From contig CM059432.1 of the NCBI GenBank assembly GCA_030390025.1, positions 94,614,001 to 94,678,000 of the forward strand: a stretch of 64,000 bases of DNA, given 5' to 3'. Every line of letters begins with the position of its first letter. Position 1 is the stretch's first letter. The position numbers and the translations under genes are program-made. This document shows, piece by piece, positions 63,385 through 64,000 of the stretch. The DNA is from Squalus acanthias. Its lineage: Eukaryota. Under the pieces are notes generated by a model. That model was not told the origin of the DNA. It was given only the letters and a program-made list of their open reading frames with translations, and ran no database searches.

Positions 63385-64000
63385 GGGAGAGGAGGTCAGG
63401 AGCTTTGGGGAGAGAGGTCAGGAACCCGGTGGCGGGGCGGGGAGGGCCGGTAAAGAACATGGAGAGCACAGTGGGGATGGGGGAAGAACGTGGTCCAGGT
63501 CTAAAGTGGGGGTGTGAGCAGGAACGTGATCCAGATGGGAAGACAGATCATGTTCTTCCAACACCACCTCCACCCCCTTTACACCCGCACCACATTCTCC
63601 CTCTCCTCCCCCTGGATCTGGTTGATTTCTCGGAAAGCTCATATGTGTGGCAAGTGACATCATAGGACTGGACGAAATCCGGAAGTCATGACACTGCAAC
63701 TATTCACTTCATACCCAATAAACCTGTTAACAATCTGTGACCCACACACAATATCCCATCTTTGGGGACGGTGGAAGGTCAGGAACTTGTTGCGGGGCAG
63801 TCAGTAACTTGGGCAGGGGGAAAAAGTCATGATCTTGGCGGGGGAGGTGGGGAGCGGGAGAAGGTCAGGAACTCGGGTGGGGGTTGAAGGTCAGGAACTT
63901 GTTTGGGAGGGAAAAGGTCAGAAACTAAGGGGGTGCAGGTTAGGAACTTGTTAGGGGGGCAGGAATTTGTTTGTGGGGAGGGGGGGAACGAAGGTCCTAA
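63385..64000. repeat. Degenerate G-rich repeat with an AGGTCAGGAAC core
   Basis: AGGTCAGGA(A/G)C-like motifs at ~63393, 63415, 63775, 63862, 63887, 63914 and 63937, separated by G runs. Confidence 0.55.

Noticed and set aside
55076..63469. Very long ORFs (up to 1071 aa) rich in R/E/G or S/L/P
   Set aside because: Translations of the minisatellite; open in most frames because the unit lacks stop codons.

Overview
Eukaryotic, repeat-rich vertebrate DNA, most likely a shark or other cartilaginous fish judging by its CR1 LINEs, DeuSINE/SacSINE1-like SINEs, Harbinger and Penelope-like repeats. The only host gene I can support is a minus-strand lethal(3)malignant brain tumour-like gene (L3MBTL family, best guess L3MBTL4). 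Its first five coding exons (49399-49557, 15603-15723, 7693-7843, 3996-4128, 452-566) splice in frame through GT-AG introns, and the gene runs off the left edge before the MBT repeats. The introns hold a frameshifted CsRn1-type Gypsy element with both LTRs, an integrase-only Gypsy derivative with near-identical LTRs, a decayed two-gene Harbinger, several Harbinger/hAT/Tigger MITEs, a Vingi-like LINE fragment, and a Penelope-derived perfect hairpin with a minimal hammerhead ribozyme motif on each strand. Upstream of the ATG exon lies an ~8 kb purine-rich GGATCGAAG minisatellite with higher-order structure. All family assignments are from motif recognition, without database searches.
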